Origin: Piromyces finnis finn
Lineage: Eukaryota > Fungi > Neocallimastigomycota
DNA length: 64,000 nucleotides
Direction of reading: 5' to 3'
NCBI GenBank assembly: GCA_002104945.1
Contig: MCFH01000047.1
Location: 310,001 to 374,000 of the forward strand
A model generated the notes under the pieces. It saw only the letters and a program-made list of their open reading frames with translations, was not told the origin of the DNA and made no database searches. Shown here piece by piece: positions 16,083 to 29,288 of this stretch; within the stretch, counting starts at the first letter, position 1; each line of letters starts with the position of its first letter. Both the position numbers and the translations under genes were made by a program.

Positions 16083-17894
16083 TTTTATTATCGTTATTAT
16101 TTTTTGAGATGTTTTATTAATTCTCTTTCTTTATTGAATTTACTATGATAATATTTTTTAAAATGTTTATAGATCATTATATTTGGTAATAAGCCATAAT
16201 TTATTTAATAGACATATAATTATTGTATTGAACTATATATATTAAGAAACTTTTTTTCTTAAAAAAAAAAGTTATTATAATTATATGACTTAATACACTA
16301 CAATCGTTTGACCTTATACTTTAGGTACCATATATATATTTTTTGTTTGAAGTAGTACAAATGGATTTTACTTTTAATTAATAAAATTTAATTTATTATT
16401 AATTTAAGTCGCCTATCAAGAAATTATAAAATTTACTGTTACACGGTTAACTGTAACAGAGATACCTTTAAAATCATAATTATTCATTTATATTTAATAT
16501 CTTATTTATTTAATTATCTATTTATTCATTTATTTATTTATTGAATGAAATTAATTAAAAAATACTCAATTAAAGACTATTTTATAATTATTAAAAATTA
16601 TTATTACATTGATATTAGACAAAATATACTTTAAATACTTCAAGACTAAAGAAGTATATATAATGTTGTTAGATAGGATTATAACATATCTATATTGATC
16701 ACTATAAAATAATAACTAATTCTATATATATATTTTCTTGTATAGTTACATTAATACTATACAAGAAAGGATATATAAATTTATACTCAATAATTTGATA
16801 TCTTGTTTATTTATGAACTTTTTCTTTAATAACCATTTACTTATAGTATGTATAATCACAAATTTATAATACTTTTAGAAATATAATTAATAGTAATCAT
16901 ATAATATAAATAATTGACTTTTTTTTATTTAATAATTAGCATTAAATCTGTTAGTAACGAAATGTAAATTGAAAATGTATTTTCTTCAATATTATCATCA
17001 TGTTTTTTCTTTCAAATTAAAAAAATAATAAAATTAGAATTATGACATATATCGTTAGTTTTATGCCTATAAAATAAATATTAAAGTCTTATTTTTATTA
17101 CTATCATGATTGTAGTAATAAAAAATAATATCGATAATAATTTATTATTAAAAAAATATTATTTATATATATATTTTTTAAATATGTAATATCAAACAGT
17201 TAATATGGTAAATAATCGAATAAGTTATGACAATTAAAAAAAAAAGTATAACATTTACATAAACTACTATTTAAAGCTTAGAATTTTTGAAAATCTGCTA
17301 TTCATTAATAATAATGATATTAAAGATAAAAATGACATTATTATCTTTCATACTTGTATTCTATTATTTATATAAATTGTATAAAAAGTACAATATTATA
17401 TAATTAAATAAATAAATAAATAATAAAAAGAAAAAGTTAGAATGTTAAAGTAAAATTATTAATATAAATTACTAATAGGAATAACATAGTTAATTTACTA
17501 AATAAAACTCTAGTTTTAAAAAGAATTATTGAAAAAAAAAAAAAAGAATTGAAGATTACATAAAATCAAATAAAAAAAAATAAAAAACTTTGAATTTAAA
17601 AAGATGAAAAAAAAATATGAACTAAAAATAACTTTATTAATAGTATGTTAATAATATAATATTACTTTTATCAAAAAAAAAATAAAGAATAACAATAATA
17701 AAGTTTTTTTTTTTAAAAATAAAGATTATTTTATAAAATGAAAAATTAAAAAGATATTAATATTTTTAAAATATTGTAAAAATAACTTTTAAAAAATAAT
17801 AAAACAATATTTTTAATGTTATACATACACCTAACCCTATCACGATGTCATGGTAAAAGTTATTTAAATATATAATTTAGATTCCTTAATACTT

Positions 17895-17895
17895 C

Positions 17896-17931
<36 letters not shown>

Positions 17932-17970
17932 AATAATAATAATAATAATAATAGTAGTAGTAGTAGCAGT
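17895..17970. repeat. Compound trinucleotide microsatellite (CAA)12(TAA)7(TAG)5
   Basis: Directly visible and intergenic. Confidence 0.9.
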
Positions 17971-18724
17971 AATGAATCCTCTTTAAAATTTATTTAAAAA
18001 AAGAAATGAATTAGTTAAAACATTTGATGAATAAATATTTATTATATTTTAAAATTTCTCATGTAAATAAAATAAATTTGGATATTGCTAAAAGTGATAT
18101 GTACTTTAAATGAAATTATAAAGAAGACATGTACCAAATAAAATTAGGTGGTTAATTTTTTTTTTTTCTTCTTTTTTATTATAATTAATTATAATTATAC
18201 ATTTAATGAAATTTAATTATATGTATTTCTCTATTCGGTGATAATCCACTTTTGATATCTTTATATAGAGCTTTAAAATTTATTATGATATTTAAGTATT
18301 TAAAAATTACAATTCTTTTTAAACCAATAATTATCAATAAAAGTTGAAAATAGGATAAATTATAATAAAATTTAAAAAAATACAATTTTTAAAATGATAG
18401 TTTTATGAAGTATTTTTAATTCTTATAGGCTAATTCTTTTTAAATTATTATGTAAATTGGAAAAAAGGTTAACTTTAATATTATTAATTGTTGCTAATTA
18501 AATAGATAATAAATATGTATTTATTATGTTAAAAGCTTCAACATCAAATAGCACTAAAAAAAATAATAATATTAATAATTTATAATTTTAAAACCTTCCC
18601 TTTTATTATTTTATTATTTTGAATAACTCTATTTTTTTTTTAATTCCTTCATTATATATAAATAAAACATCATTTATTTATTTTTTAAAATAATTTCTTT
18701 TTATTATATCTAAAGGTTTAGATC

Positions 18725-20252
18725 ATGAAAATGAAAATGTATACATTTTCACCTATTTTATTATTGTTGTGTTATATTCAAAGTATATTAGCATTTTCTC
18801 AAAGTCAACTACCAAAGAATGCAATTATTGTTGCCAAGGATGGCTCTGGGAAATATAATACAGTAAATAAATGAAATAAAAACTATAATTTTCATTTTTT
18901 TATAAAAAGAAAACAAACAAACAGATTTAGTTATTTTAGAAATGCTTATTATATCATTTTATCATTATGTTATTACTTATAAGCATTATAACCATTATTA
19001 TTATACCATTATTATTTTATTATTATATGAGTGAATAATTATTAATTTAATTTTTTTTTCTTGTGTTAATAATATAAAATATATTTCAAATGAAAAAAAA
19101 AAAAAAACATTTTTCTTTGAAAAATAATATTAAAAGGTACAAGCTGCCATTAATTCTTTATCAAAATCAGCCTCTTCCGAAAGAGTGATATACATTAAAA
19201 ATGGTATATATAATGAACAAGTCTCTATTCAAATGGATTATGTCACTTTAATTGGAGAAAATAAAGATAATGTTATTATTACCTATAATTTAAATAATGC
19301 TAAAACGGGAAGTAGTTCCGAATGTGCAACCGTCAAAGTGAAAGGTAATTATTTCAAAGCTTTTGATATTACATTTGAAAATACCGCACCATTCCCAGGG
19401 GATAATGCTCAAGCCCCAGCTTTTTATTCCTATGGTGATAAACATTATATTGAAAATTGTAATTTTTTAAGTTATCAAGATACATTACTTTCCTACCATG
19501 GAATTCATTATTTTAAAAACTGTTACATTCGTGGTTTAACCGATTTTATATGGGGTTTTGGTCGTGCTGTTTTTGAAAAATGTACCCTTCATGTAGTTCC
19601 TAAGGGTGGAAAGAATACAGGTTATTTAACTGCTAATGGTAATGAAGATGCTAATTTCATCAAAGGAGGTTTTCTTATTACCAATTCAAAGGTAATGATA
19701 GCAAATGGAGCAAAATTTTATCTTGGTCGTTTATGGAAAAAGAATTGCTATGTTATTTTTGATCGAACGGAATTTCCAGGAGATAATATTGTAAAGGAAG
19801 GTTGGTTAACATTCACAGGTAATGATGCCTATAAAAATACTTCCAAGGTTGGAGAATATCAATGTAAAGGTACTAACTACAATACTAATGGTCGTGTTTC
19901 ATGGGCTACAAAATTTAATGGTGTACCATCTATATCTAATTTCCTCGGTGGAGATCTTTCTTTTGTATCGAATACGATCTACAAAGGTGGAAACAACAAT
20001 ACCTCTAATACTACAACTACTAAAAAAACTACGATTAAAACAATACTTTCAACTAAAAAGACTACTACCAAAAAAACAACTACAACCAAAAAGACAACTA
20101 CTACAACAAAAAAAACTACTACAAAAAGCTCCACCAACAATAATTGTGGTGTTTTATACAGTCAGTGTGGTGGTTATGGTTTTAATGGTGCTACTTGTTG
20201 TAGACAAGGACAATGTAAAAAATTTAATGATTGGTATTCACAATGTATTTAA
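18725..20252 (+). CDS. Secreted pectin methylesterase (CAZy CE8) with Thr/Lys linker and C-terminal CBM1, 2 exons (18725-18862, 19137-20252), 417 aa
   Basis: Signal peptide, then [13 protein letters not shown]|VQAAIN across a phase-0 intron. CE8 motifs QAPA, YQDTL, DFIWG and YLGRLW retain the catalytic Gln/Asp/Asp/Arg. CBM1 is [35 protein letters not shown]. Confidence 0.93.
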
Positions 20253-20677
20253 ATTCAAAAAGATCCATTGTTTAACAAGAATCGTATAGTTAATATTTTA
20301 GTAGATAAATGATAAATATAAAACAACTTTTTTTTTTTTTTTTTTTTCACAGTTAATTAAAATTCAATTTGAATAATAAAATGTATAAAATTTTTATAAA
20401 TAAATAGATAATATGATAATAGATAATAATAAATTATAAAAAAATTCTTTTTATTATAATAATATTTTGCAGTTAAACTTTTTAAATATTTTTGTACAAA
20501 TACAAAATATACTCCATATGAACTATTTAATATATTTAATTAAAATTTATATAAGAAATTAGATTTATTTCAATGTCCAAATTATTATAGAATAGTAATA
20601 GGACATATTAATTCAAAACATTAGTAAAAAAATATAATATTATATATATAATATTATATTTTTTTTCTCTTATATTA

Positions 20678-20960
20678 ATTAAAATGACCTTATCATAATT
20701 AAAAAAGAATTCACACACAGTAGTTAAAATGACCTTATCATAATTAAAAAAGAATTCACACACAGTAGTTAAAATGACTTTATCATAATTAAAAAAGAAT
20801 TCACACACAGTAGTTAAAATGACCTTATCATAATTAAAAAAGAATTCACACACAGTAGTTAAAATGACCTTATCATAATTAAAAAAGAATTCACACACAG
20901 TAGTTAAAATGACCTTATCATAATTAAAAAAGAATTCACACACAGTGGTTAAAATGACTT
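20678..20960. repeat. 45-bp minisatellite, ~6.3 near-identical copies
   Basis: Unit gttaaaatgaccttatcataattaaaaaagaattcacacacagta starts at 20678, 20723, 20768, 20813, 20858, 20903 and 20948 (partial). There are only a few substitutions and no spacers. Confidence 0.95.
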
Positions 20961-23900
20961 TTTAAAGAAAAAACCATTTCTTTTATTACAAATAAAAGTA
21001 ACATTTTACTTTTTTGCAGAAAAGTTTTTTAATCTATTTGTAGGATGTGGCTTATTTTAATTTATACCATTTATAGATTAATGCTTACTCATAACAGCGG
21101 CAGACATTCATTTATAGAAAACGGCATATTTAAAGAATATTTTAACTTTTAATCAAAAATAAAAATATCAAAAAAAAAAAAAAAAGAAATACTTTACCAT
21201 TTTATAAAGTGCGTTCAGTATTATTATTTTAAAAAATATTCTTTAAATAATAATTATTCTTTTTTATTTTTATTTTATAATAATTATCTTAAATCCCTAA
21301 TTAGTATTATTAGTATTAGTATTGTTTTTTTTTTTTAAAACATTTTTAACCATACTTTCCCCCTTTTTTTTTGTAGATTATTTCTAATTTCTATTTCTAT
21401 CTTAAGTTCCTAGCCAATAAAAAGTGAAAAGAATTCTTTTGTAAAAATATATGAACAGTACATTATACACTAATGTATTATACATTATGTATCTTTTACT
21501 TATGAAATGTTAATAAATGTATATATACATAATCATTCTATATTTTTAATAAAAAATATGACATCCAAGAAGTAGAATAATAATAAAGAATATAATTTAT
21601 ATTTTTTCTAAATTAAAGTTTTTTTAAATGACTATATCCATTTCATTGCAATATAAAGTCTTTTTATTACTATTTATACTCTATAATAATTCTATCAAAT
21701 TTCAATAAAAATATTTTTAAAAGTCAGAAAATATAAAGTCAAAATGAGATTAAATTTTTTTTGTATTTTAATGAACAAATCATTTAAAGTCTTTATACCT
21801 AATAATGTACAATTCATTCTACAAAATTTGGATGAACCATGTTAATGTATCTTTTAATGATAAAGCGATGATTTTTTTTATATATATATAATAATTAATA
21901 TATTCTTATTATATTGAATAGAAAAAAAAAAAAGTTTATAATGATTAGTCATTTTCAATGTGTATTTAAAAAAAAATAATAAATGGAATTACAAAGCAAA
22001 CATTCTAAATTCTAATGATATACAATTATAAAAGTAAACTTTTTATAATTGCGTAAAAGAAAAGTTTTAATTAATTGTAATCTTTTATATAATAAAGTTT
22101 TTTTTTTTTAAAAAAATAGAATCTTAATTCATATTAAGATAATATAAATTAATGAGTGGACTAAAGATTTAATAGGTCTCTATATGCATTATATTTTAGC
22201 AGTTTAGTGGTATAATTATCGTCTGCTTGATGCAATATATGTAGGTATCTTTTACATAGATCTTTTCAACTTTATTCATATTTCTAAAAAGAACATTTTT
22301 AAAGTTTTTTTTTTCTTTTTCTTTCTATTTTCATCTTTATACATATTTTTAATAAATATCTTTTCACTTTTTTTCTTTTGCATATCCATGTAAAGTATCC
22401 ACCAACTTATAAACTATGCAACGTTCTTTCTTATAGTTAACCATCTAATCTACCTACTACCTACTATCCGTTACCCACCACCCAACCAACAATACTAAAC
22501 CATTTTTATCTACAAAAATAAAAACTCAAATTAATTTTTTGATATTCATTTTTAATCATTATATTAAAATGTTTTAACCAATAAGATCACGTATTCCTGC
22601 ATTTATCATCAAATCATAAAAATTTTATTATAAAAAAATAGTAAAGAATAAAATTTTTTAATTTAAAGATTTTTTCAAATTTAATAATTACACAAATAAA
22701 CTGCTTTCTTTTTATTATAAAATAAAGTTACAATATATTATGAATTGACATGGAATATATTAAATAAGAAAGAATATGGATGGTTTTTTCTTGTTAAAAA
22801 AAAAAGAGTGCATGAGAAGTAGATACATCCTTCATTACAGTATATCACTAGAGTAGTTGAATTTATCCTTTTTTATGATAATAAATAAAAAAAGTTGTTT
22901 TATAAACCATCATTTAAGAAAAAACTAAAGAATATAAAAAATACTAAGAGATCTTTAAGTCTCTTTGTTTATTTATCAAAGAAGATATCATTATCTATAA
23001 TTCAGACCTACATATTATTATTATATAATATTATATATTTATATTTAATAGAATTTATATTGAATATAGGTAAAACTCATATATTAATAATAGACTTTGT
23101 AATTAAATAAATTATATCATCCATTTAATATTTATAATAATAGTATATTTTAAGAATTTAATTTATAGAAAAAAAGTTTAATTCATAAGAATAGATTTTT
23201 AATACAAAAAAATAACATTTTATAATATAATATAATATAATATATAATAAATTTAAATAAATTAAAAAATATATTAGAAATTGAAAAAAAAGTAAAAGCC
23301 ATATATTAATTAAATTATTAATAAAAAATGGTGTGAAGAAGAAAAAAAAAATGATTTCATCGCATCATCATTAAAAAAAATAAAAATGTCATAAATTTTT
23401 TTAATGAAAATATAAAAATAACAAAAATTCCCAATATCCATTTTTTTTTTTAAAATTTTTGTATATGTTTTTTATTTAAAAATTTCATATAGAATTGAAT
23501 ATTTTTATAATTATTTTAGTAATTATTTAGTTGATTGTAATAATTATTATATAATAATTATATCTTTTTTTTTTTTTTTCTGATTTTCTTTTTTTATTTT
23601 TTGTTGGTAATATTGATATTGTAAATATTCTCAATATAAAATAAAAAAAACTAAAAATAAGAAAATTGTAAAAATAAGTTAAAAAAAAAAAAAGAGAAAA
23701 AAAATTAGTCAAAAAATAAATTATTTTAAAGAAAAAGAATATAGTAAAAAAAAAAAATGAAAAATTAATTTTAAAGGAAAGTAATAATAAAAAAAAGTAT
23801 CAGTAGAACAATAAAAATCAATTTTAAAAGAAATATTATAATTAATAAGTAGGAAAAAAATTGCTTATTATTTTTTAAAAAATTAAATAACAAAAGTAGT

Positions 23901-25001
23901 TAAAAAATAAAAAAGAAATTTGTAAAAAGAAATAACAATAACAAAAAGAAACAAAGTAGAAGAGAACAATAAAATAAAAGCAATATTAAAAAAAATTAAA
24001 ACAAAAAGAGTAAGTAAACAACTAACAATATTAACAATAGTTAATAAAAGTTATTTTTTAAACAGTAATATTTTTGTAATTTCAACAATAAACAAATTGA
24101 AAGAAAACAATAATCAAATATCAAATACATTTAGTGAATTTGATTTCGAGATATTTTAATATTTTAAGAATAGGAAAATAAATTAAAAACTTGTTTTTCT
24201 ATAATTTAGTTAATTTAAAAATAGTTGTTCATAAGAAATAAAATATTATATTATTAATATAAATAAATTGATTTTAAAATATTATTTCCCTTAAAATTAG
24301 TTTATTTTTTTTGTATTCTTTTTTTATAATTTATTTTATATATGTACTTTTTTAAATAAAAAATTTTTATTACAAAATTAAAAAAATAAAAAAAAATATA
24401 AAATTAAAAAAAACCCTTGAAAATAAAAAAAGGGTATAAATTAAAAATAAAATAAAATAAAGCAAAATAATAATATAATTAATAAAAATTTAATTATAAA
24501 AATAAATAAAATTAAAGCAAAACGAAGTGAAATAAGTTATTTATTAAAGAGAAATATATATTACTAGTATATTTATATGAAAAAGAATAAAATTTTGTAA
24601 ATACATCTTTTTTCATTTTCTCAATAGTAAATACCTTGTGATATAATTTCCAATAAAAATCAAGAAAGAACAAAATCAAAGTATTTAAAAAATTGAATTT
24701 ATTTTTAAAAACAGATTTATATTTTTCAAGGAAAAAAATTAAACATTATTCATATTCTTTCTCCATAATTCAACTTGAAGGTTTTAATAACAAGTAATAA
24801 GTAGTAGTAAAATATAGTCAAAAACCAAAATTATAATATCAAGTTTATTACCCACATTATTTATTTTAATCTATTATTAATTTATGAATTATAATAATAA
24901 GAAAAATATCTAAATAACAAATAATATACCATAAAAAATAACTTTGTAAAATAATTTAAATTTAATTAAAAATAACAATAATAAAATAAATAAATATCGT
25001 G

Positions 25002-28000
25002 ATGTCTGAAATAACTTTATGTGAATCAAATAACTTTGACATGAAAAGATCAAAAATGGTTAGTCGTTCAAAGCTTTTGGAAGAACCATTAACTTTAAAT
25101 GAAAATTGTATATATCCAGACATTTCAAAGACTGAAATTCCAAGCAAATCACCAAAAGAAAAAACATATTCTCCACCTCACTATACCCCAAATGTTTCTT
25201 CTGATATAAACAAGTCACTTAATTCGCTTAATGAAGCTCTTTTATCTGGAAATGAAAAATATCATAATTATATTTTAAATGAACCAGTAAATACATCAAA
25301 TAAAGTTTTGAGTGAATTAGCTTCTACTTTAAAAACATATAATGATGATGTTAGTTATATGATGAACGATGTATTTAATACTAATATTAGTGGTCAACAA
25401 ACCGATTTATCTCTTTTTGATGTTGATGATTTTTTCAAGTATTCTTTAATTGTAGGAAAGAAAGAATGTTCTATAAGTGAAAAATTAATGTGTACCTTGC
25501 GTTACCTTTCAAAGAGTTTAACTGAAAAGACCCAAGAAGTATGCAATTTACAAGAACAATTAATGGAAACATCAAATAATAAGTGCTTTGATCAAATGTC
25601 AAGGGAATCATATTTTTCAAATGATGTATTTAATAATGAATGTGTATTATACCTTGAAGAAGTTACAAAGCAAATGGAATCTAATAAAATGTATTATCAA
25701 AATCAAGTGAATGACCTTATCAATGAAATTCGTCAAAGAGATGAACTATTGGATTGTTATCAAAAAAGAGAAAATTATTTATTTAATCAATACTATCCAG
25801 AATTAATTGATAAATATGAAAGCATTAATAGTCCAAATATTCAAATAAACATGAACCAACAACTGATAAAAATGGAATGTGATTACAAGGAATCCTTAGA
25901 AATGAAGGATAGTCTTATTAATGAAATTAGAAATGAAAAGGAATATATGGAATTACGTTATGCTGAAGAATTAAAATCAAAAAATGAAATGATTAATGAT
26001 TTGAAATTAAAGGAAAAAAATTTTGAACGTCAAATTGAACAATACAAAATTCGTTCTGATGCTCAAGTAAAATTAGCTGAACAAGTCAAATCTCAAATAC
26101 AATCTCAACAAATTGAATATTGTAAAAAGGTTGAAGAAATGCAACAAAATTTGGATAGTCGTGGAAAAATTATTGCTTATGTCAAAAATAAGTTAAGTAT
26201 TAGAGAAAATGAATTAAAGATTGCTAATATTAAGTTTACAACCGCAGAAAGACAAATGAATATTGAGAAGGATCAATACAAAAGAGAAATTTCTAATTTA
26301 AAAGAAGAATTAGAAAAGACTAATGAAGATATTGAAGATTTAGAAAATGAACTTGATTCACTGGAAGAAGAACACAAAGAAGAAGTAGCCCGCTTAGAAA
26401 AGGAACACGATTTCCAAATGAATAAGCTTTGGAATATTATTGATCAACGTGAAAACACTATAAATAGTATGGAAGATGAAATGGAAGAATTAAAGGAAAA
26501 AACAAAAAGTTTAGAGGAAGCATTATCAAAGTCAGAAACATCTGAACAAGAAGAAGAATCAGGTGAAATGGTTGATGATGATGTGAATGAAAAAAGTGAT
26601 ATTCCAACTGAAAAAGAAAATAAGGGTGAAATTATACTTTTGAATGAAAATGATTATGAATCAAACGTCAAAAAATGTAGTCCAATAAGTCTCACTCTTT
26701 CTCTAACAGAAGAAGAAAAAATAATTGAAGATGAAAAGACCGGATTAACTACAACAGAAGAACAATTCAATGATGAAGAAACTAATAGTTTAACATTGAC
26801 TGAAGATTTATCTGAAGAGGATGAAGAGAGAAGGGAATTTATTGAGGAAGATGAAGAAGATGAAGGAGATAATATTATGGAAAGAAGTATGAAATTAGTT
26901 ATTGAAGAAAATGAACAATTAAAATGCAAACTTGATCTTATCATGAAAGAAAATTCAGAATTGAAGAATCAACTAGAACAAGAAAAGGAGAGTCTTAAAC
27001 AAGAAAATGAAAGATGTAACCTTCAACAAAAAGAATGTCAAGAACTTTCTCTTCAATATTCTCAAATGTGTGAGGAAAATGAAAAAATTAAAAAGCAATA
27101 TCAAGAATTAGAAAGTGAAAACAAGAAAAATGAAGAACAAAAACAAAAGAAGGAAGAAGAATTAAAGACATCTTTAAAACAACAAGCCACTGAATTCCAA
27201 AATGAAAGAGAAGAATTCGAAAACCAAATTAAACAATTGGAAGAAAAAATGAAAAATACCATTTCAAAGGAACAATATTATTCTCTTCAAAAGAATTTAG
27301 AAATAGCTTTGGAAAATGCTAATGAACAACGTAGAAAGAAGAATTATTTAAAACAAAAGTTGGCTAGTCAACATGAAAAGAACAATTCTTTAGTAGAATT
27401 GGTAAAAAGTGAAAGAGTGAAACACAAGGAAGAAATTCGTCAGTTAAAGCAATCTTGTGTAAAACAGAATGGAAAAATCAAAGCTGTTTTGAAACAAATG
27501 AAAGATGGTTTAGTGACTGCAGAACATATTGATTTAGATCGTATTGTAAAGCGTATGAAAAGTGAACGTCTTCTTATGAGTAATGAATATGAGCGTCTTA
27601 AAAAGGTTGCTTCTACATTGTCAATGAAATCGATTGGTAAGAAACAAACTTATGCTACCAAAAATGAAAGTTTAAATGAACTTCCATTAAATTATAAGGA
27701 AAGTAGGAAGGATTTAAGCCTAAGAGAAAATGGCGTTGAAATAATGATTAAAGGTTCAAATGTACCTCATAATCAGAATAATGAGAGCAAAATTCTAATA
27801 AAGGTTGCCCCAGGCTTTGAATCTCTAACAGATCAAAGTATCGCTAGTAAAAAGGCCAATGATTCTTTGAATTCAATCGATTCTGTAGAAGAAAATCAAG
27901 AATTAGAGGAATTTAGTTTAAAGCAAGTATTAAGTCCATCGGATAGTTTATATCCTGATGGAGATGAAAGAAATTCATTTGTTGATTTTACTACATCCTA

Positions 28001-28409
28001 TGATTTAGACAATAGAAAAGAAGCTACTTTTAATAGTAAAGATAGTATATCCTTAATACTTAATGAAGGAGGAAATAAAATGAATCAAAGACAAATTAAT
28101 TTGTATAATAAAATTCTTCAACTTCCTGGTGTATTGTCTATTAATGGCGCAAGAAAGTTTGAATTTGATGACTCTAATTTTAGTATTACAAGTGATAGTT
28201 CTTTATTAAAAGATGAAGAAGAATACATGGATAAAAGAGGAATGAGTATGGAAGCTGCAACGTCTAACCGAACAAGATACAATTCATATTCAAAGAGTGA
28301 ATATAAGGGTAATAATCGTGCTTCATTACGAAGAATGCCTAATTTTGATCAAATTAGCAAACTTACGCAGATAAGAATTAAACATTCAATGGAGGAAATT
28401 ATGGTGTAA
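25002..28409 (+). CDS. Intronless coiled-coil protein of unknown function, 1135 aa
   Basis: A 3.4-kb open frame in DNA where stops are very frequent. E/K/Q-rich heptad stretches flank an acidic central linker. The ATG at 25002 follows the GTG used by the ORF track. No family recognised. Confidence 0.85.
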   Translation: MSEITLCESNNFDMKRSKMVSRSKLLEEPLTLNENCIYPDISKTEIPSKSPKEKTYSPPHYTPNVSSDINKSLNSLNEALLSGNEKYHNYILNEPVNTSNKVLSELASTLKTYNDDVSYMMNDVFNTNISGQQTDLSLFDVDDFFKYSLIVGKKECSISEKLMCTLRYLSKSLTEKTQEVCNLQEQLMETSNNKCFDQMSRESYFSNDVFNNECVLYLEEVTKQMESNKMYYQNQVNDLINEIRQRDELLDCYQKRENYLFNQYYPELIDKYESINSPNIQINMNQQLIKMECDYKESLEMKDSLINEIRNEKEYMELRYAEELKSKNEMINDLKLKEKNFERQIEQYKIRSDAQVKLAEQVKSQIQSQQIEYCKKVEEMQQNLDSRGKIIAYVKNKLSIRENELKIANIKFTTAERQMNIEKDQYKREISNLKEELEKTNEDIEDLENELDSLEEEHKEEVARLEKEHDFQMNKLWNIIDQRENTINSMEDEMEELKEKTKSLEEALSKSETSEQEEESGEMVDDDVNEKSDIPTEKENKGEIILLNENDYESNVKKCSPISLTLSLTEEEKIIEDEKTGLTTTEEQFNDEETNSLTLTEDLSEEDEERREFIEEDEEDEGDNIMERSMKLVIEENEQLKCKLDLIMKENSELKNQLEQEKESLKQENERCNLQQKECQELSLQYSQMCEENEKIKKQYQELESENKKNEEQKQKKEEELKTSLKQQATEFQNEREEFENQIKQLEEKMKNTISKEQYYSLQKNLEIALENANEQRRKKNYLKQKLASQHEKNNSLVELVKSERVKHKEEIRQLKQSCVKQNGKIKAVLKQMKDGLVTAEHIDLDRIVKRMKSERLLMSNEYERLKKVASTLSMKSIGKKQTYATKNESLNELPLNYKESRKDLSLRENGVEIMIKGSNVPHNQNNESKILIKVAPGFESLTDQSIASKKANDSLNSIDSVEENQELEEFSLKQVLSPSDSLYPDGDERNSFVDFTTSYDLDNRKEATFNSKDSISLILNEGGNKMNQRQINLYNKILQLPGVLSINGARKFEFDDSNFSITSDSSLLKDEEEYMDKRGMSMEAATSNRTRYNSYSKSEYKGNNRASLRRMPNFDQISKLTQIRIKHSMEEIMV

Positions 28410-29255
28410 AACAAATCATAATGAAAATACAATAATGACATGATTAGATGCTTTATTTTTATGCCTAACCATGATAAATATTTGTTACCCTTGCATTTAA
28501 GAGTATTTATTATAAAAAGGATTATAGATTATTGGAATCGATAACAAGTATTGTATAGATTGAAAAAAATAAACTTTTTATTTAATCCGTTCTTTTAATT
28601 TATGGTCTTTGACACTTATGATTTAAACTTTTAGATCGGGTGGATTAAATAATTCTTAAAATTTAGGCAGAAAAGAAAAAGCACTAATAAATATCAAGAC
28701 CTATTTTTTTTAATTATTATTTGAAAGACGCAATTAAAATATTTAAAGAGTAATGGAATATTAAATCAATTTTTATTTCGTTAGTTTTAAAACAAACAAA
28801 ATCAAATGAAAATCAAAATTAAAATGAAAGAGAAATGCGTTATTTTTCTTTTTTCCTCAGTTTCTTTTGATTTTCCGTTTATTGAATTGTTTTTATTTCT
28901 ATTTTATTTTTTTAATTGAACTAAAAGAGAAAGAAATCAATTCATAGGCCAAAAATTTTAAGAGATTAGGATAAAGAAAGGTAATGATTAATCTTTTAAA
29001 CAAAACAATTCAATTTCTTTATTTTTTTTTTACATTAACAATACTATGTGAAAAATTCAAAATTCAGGAAACTTTGTTGAAATATTAAAAAACAGTATTT
29101 TAATTTCGAAAATAAAATAATATAAAAAACAACAATAAAATCAAAGATTAATACAAACCAAAAAAAAAAGAATATTTTAAATTAAAAAATAAAAAAGAAA
29201 AAATCACAAAAAAAAACCACAAAAAAACAAAACAAAATAATTATTAAAAAAAAAC

Positions 29256-29288
<33 letters not shown>

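Noticed and set aside
20608-20960. CRISPR-like array, or a 111-aa repeat protein
   Set aside because: The units are contiguous and identical with no unique spacers. The ORF is simply the 45-bp unit lacking a stop in one frame.
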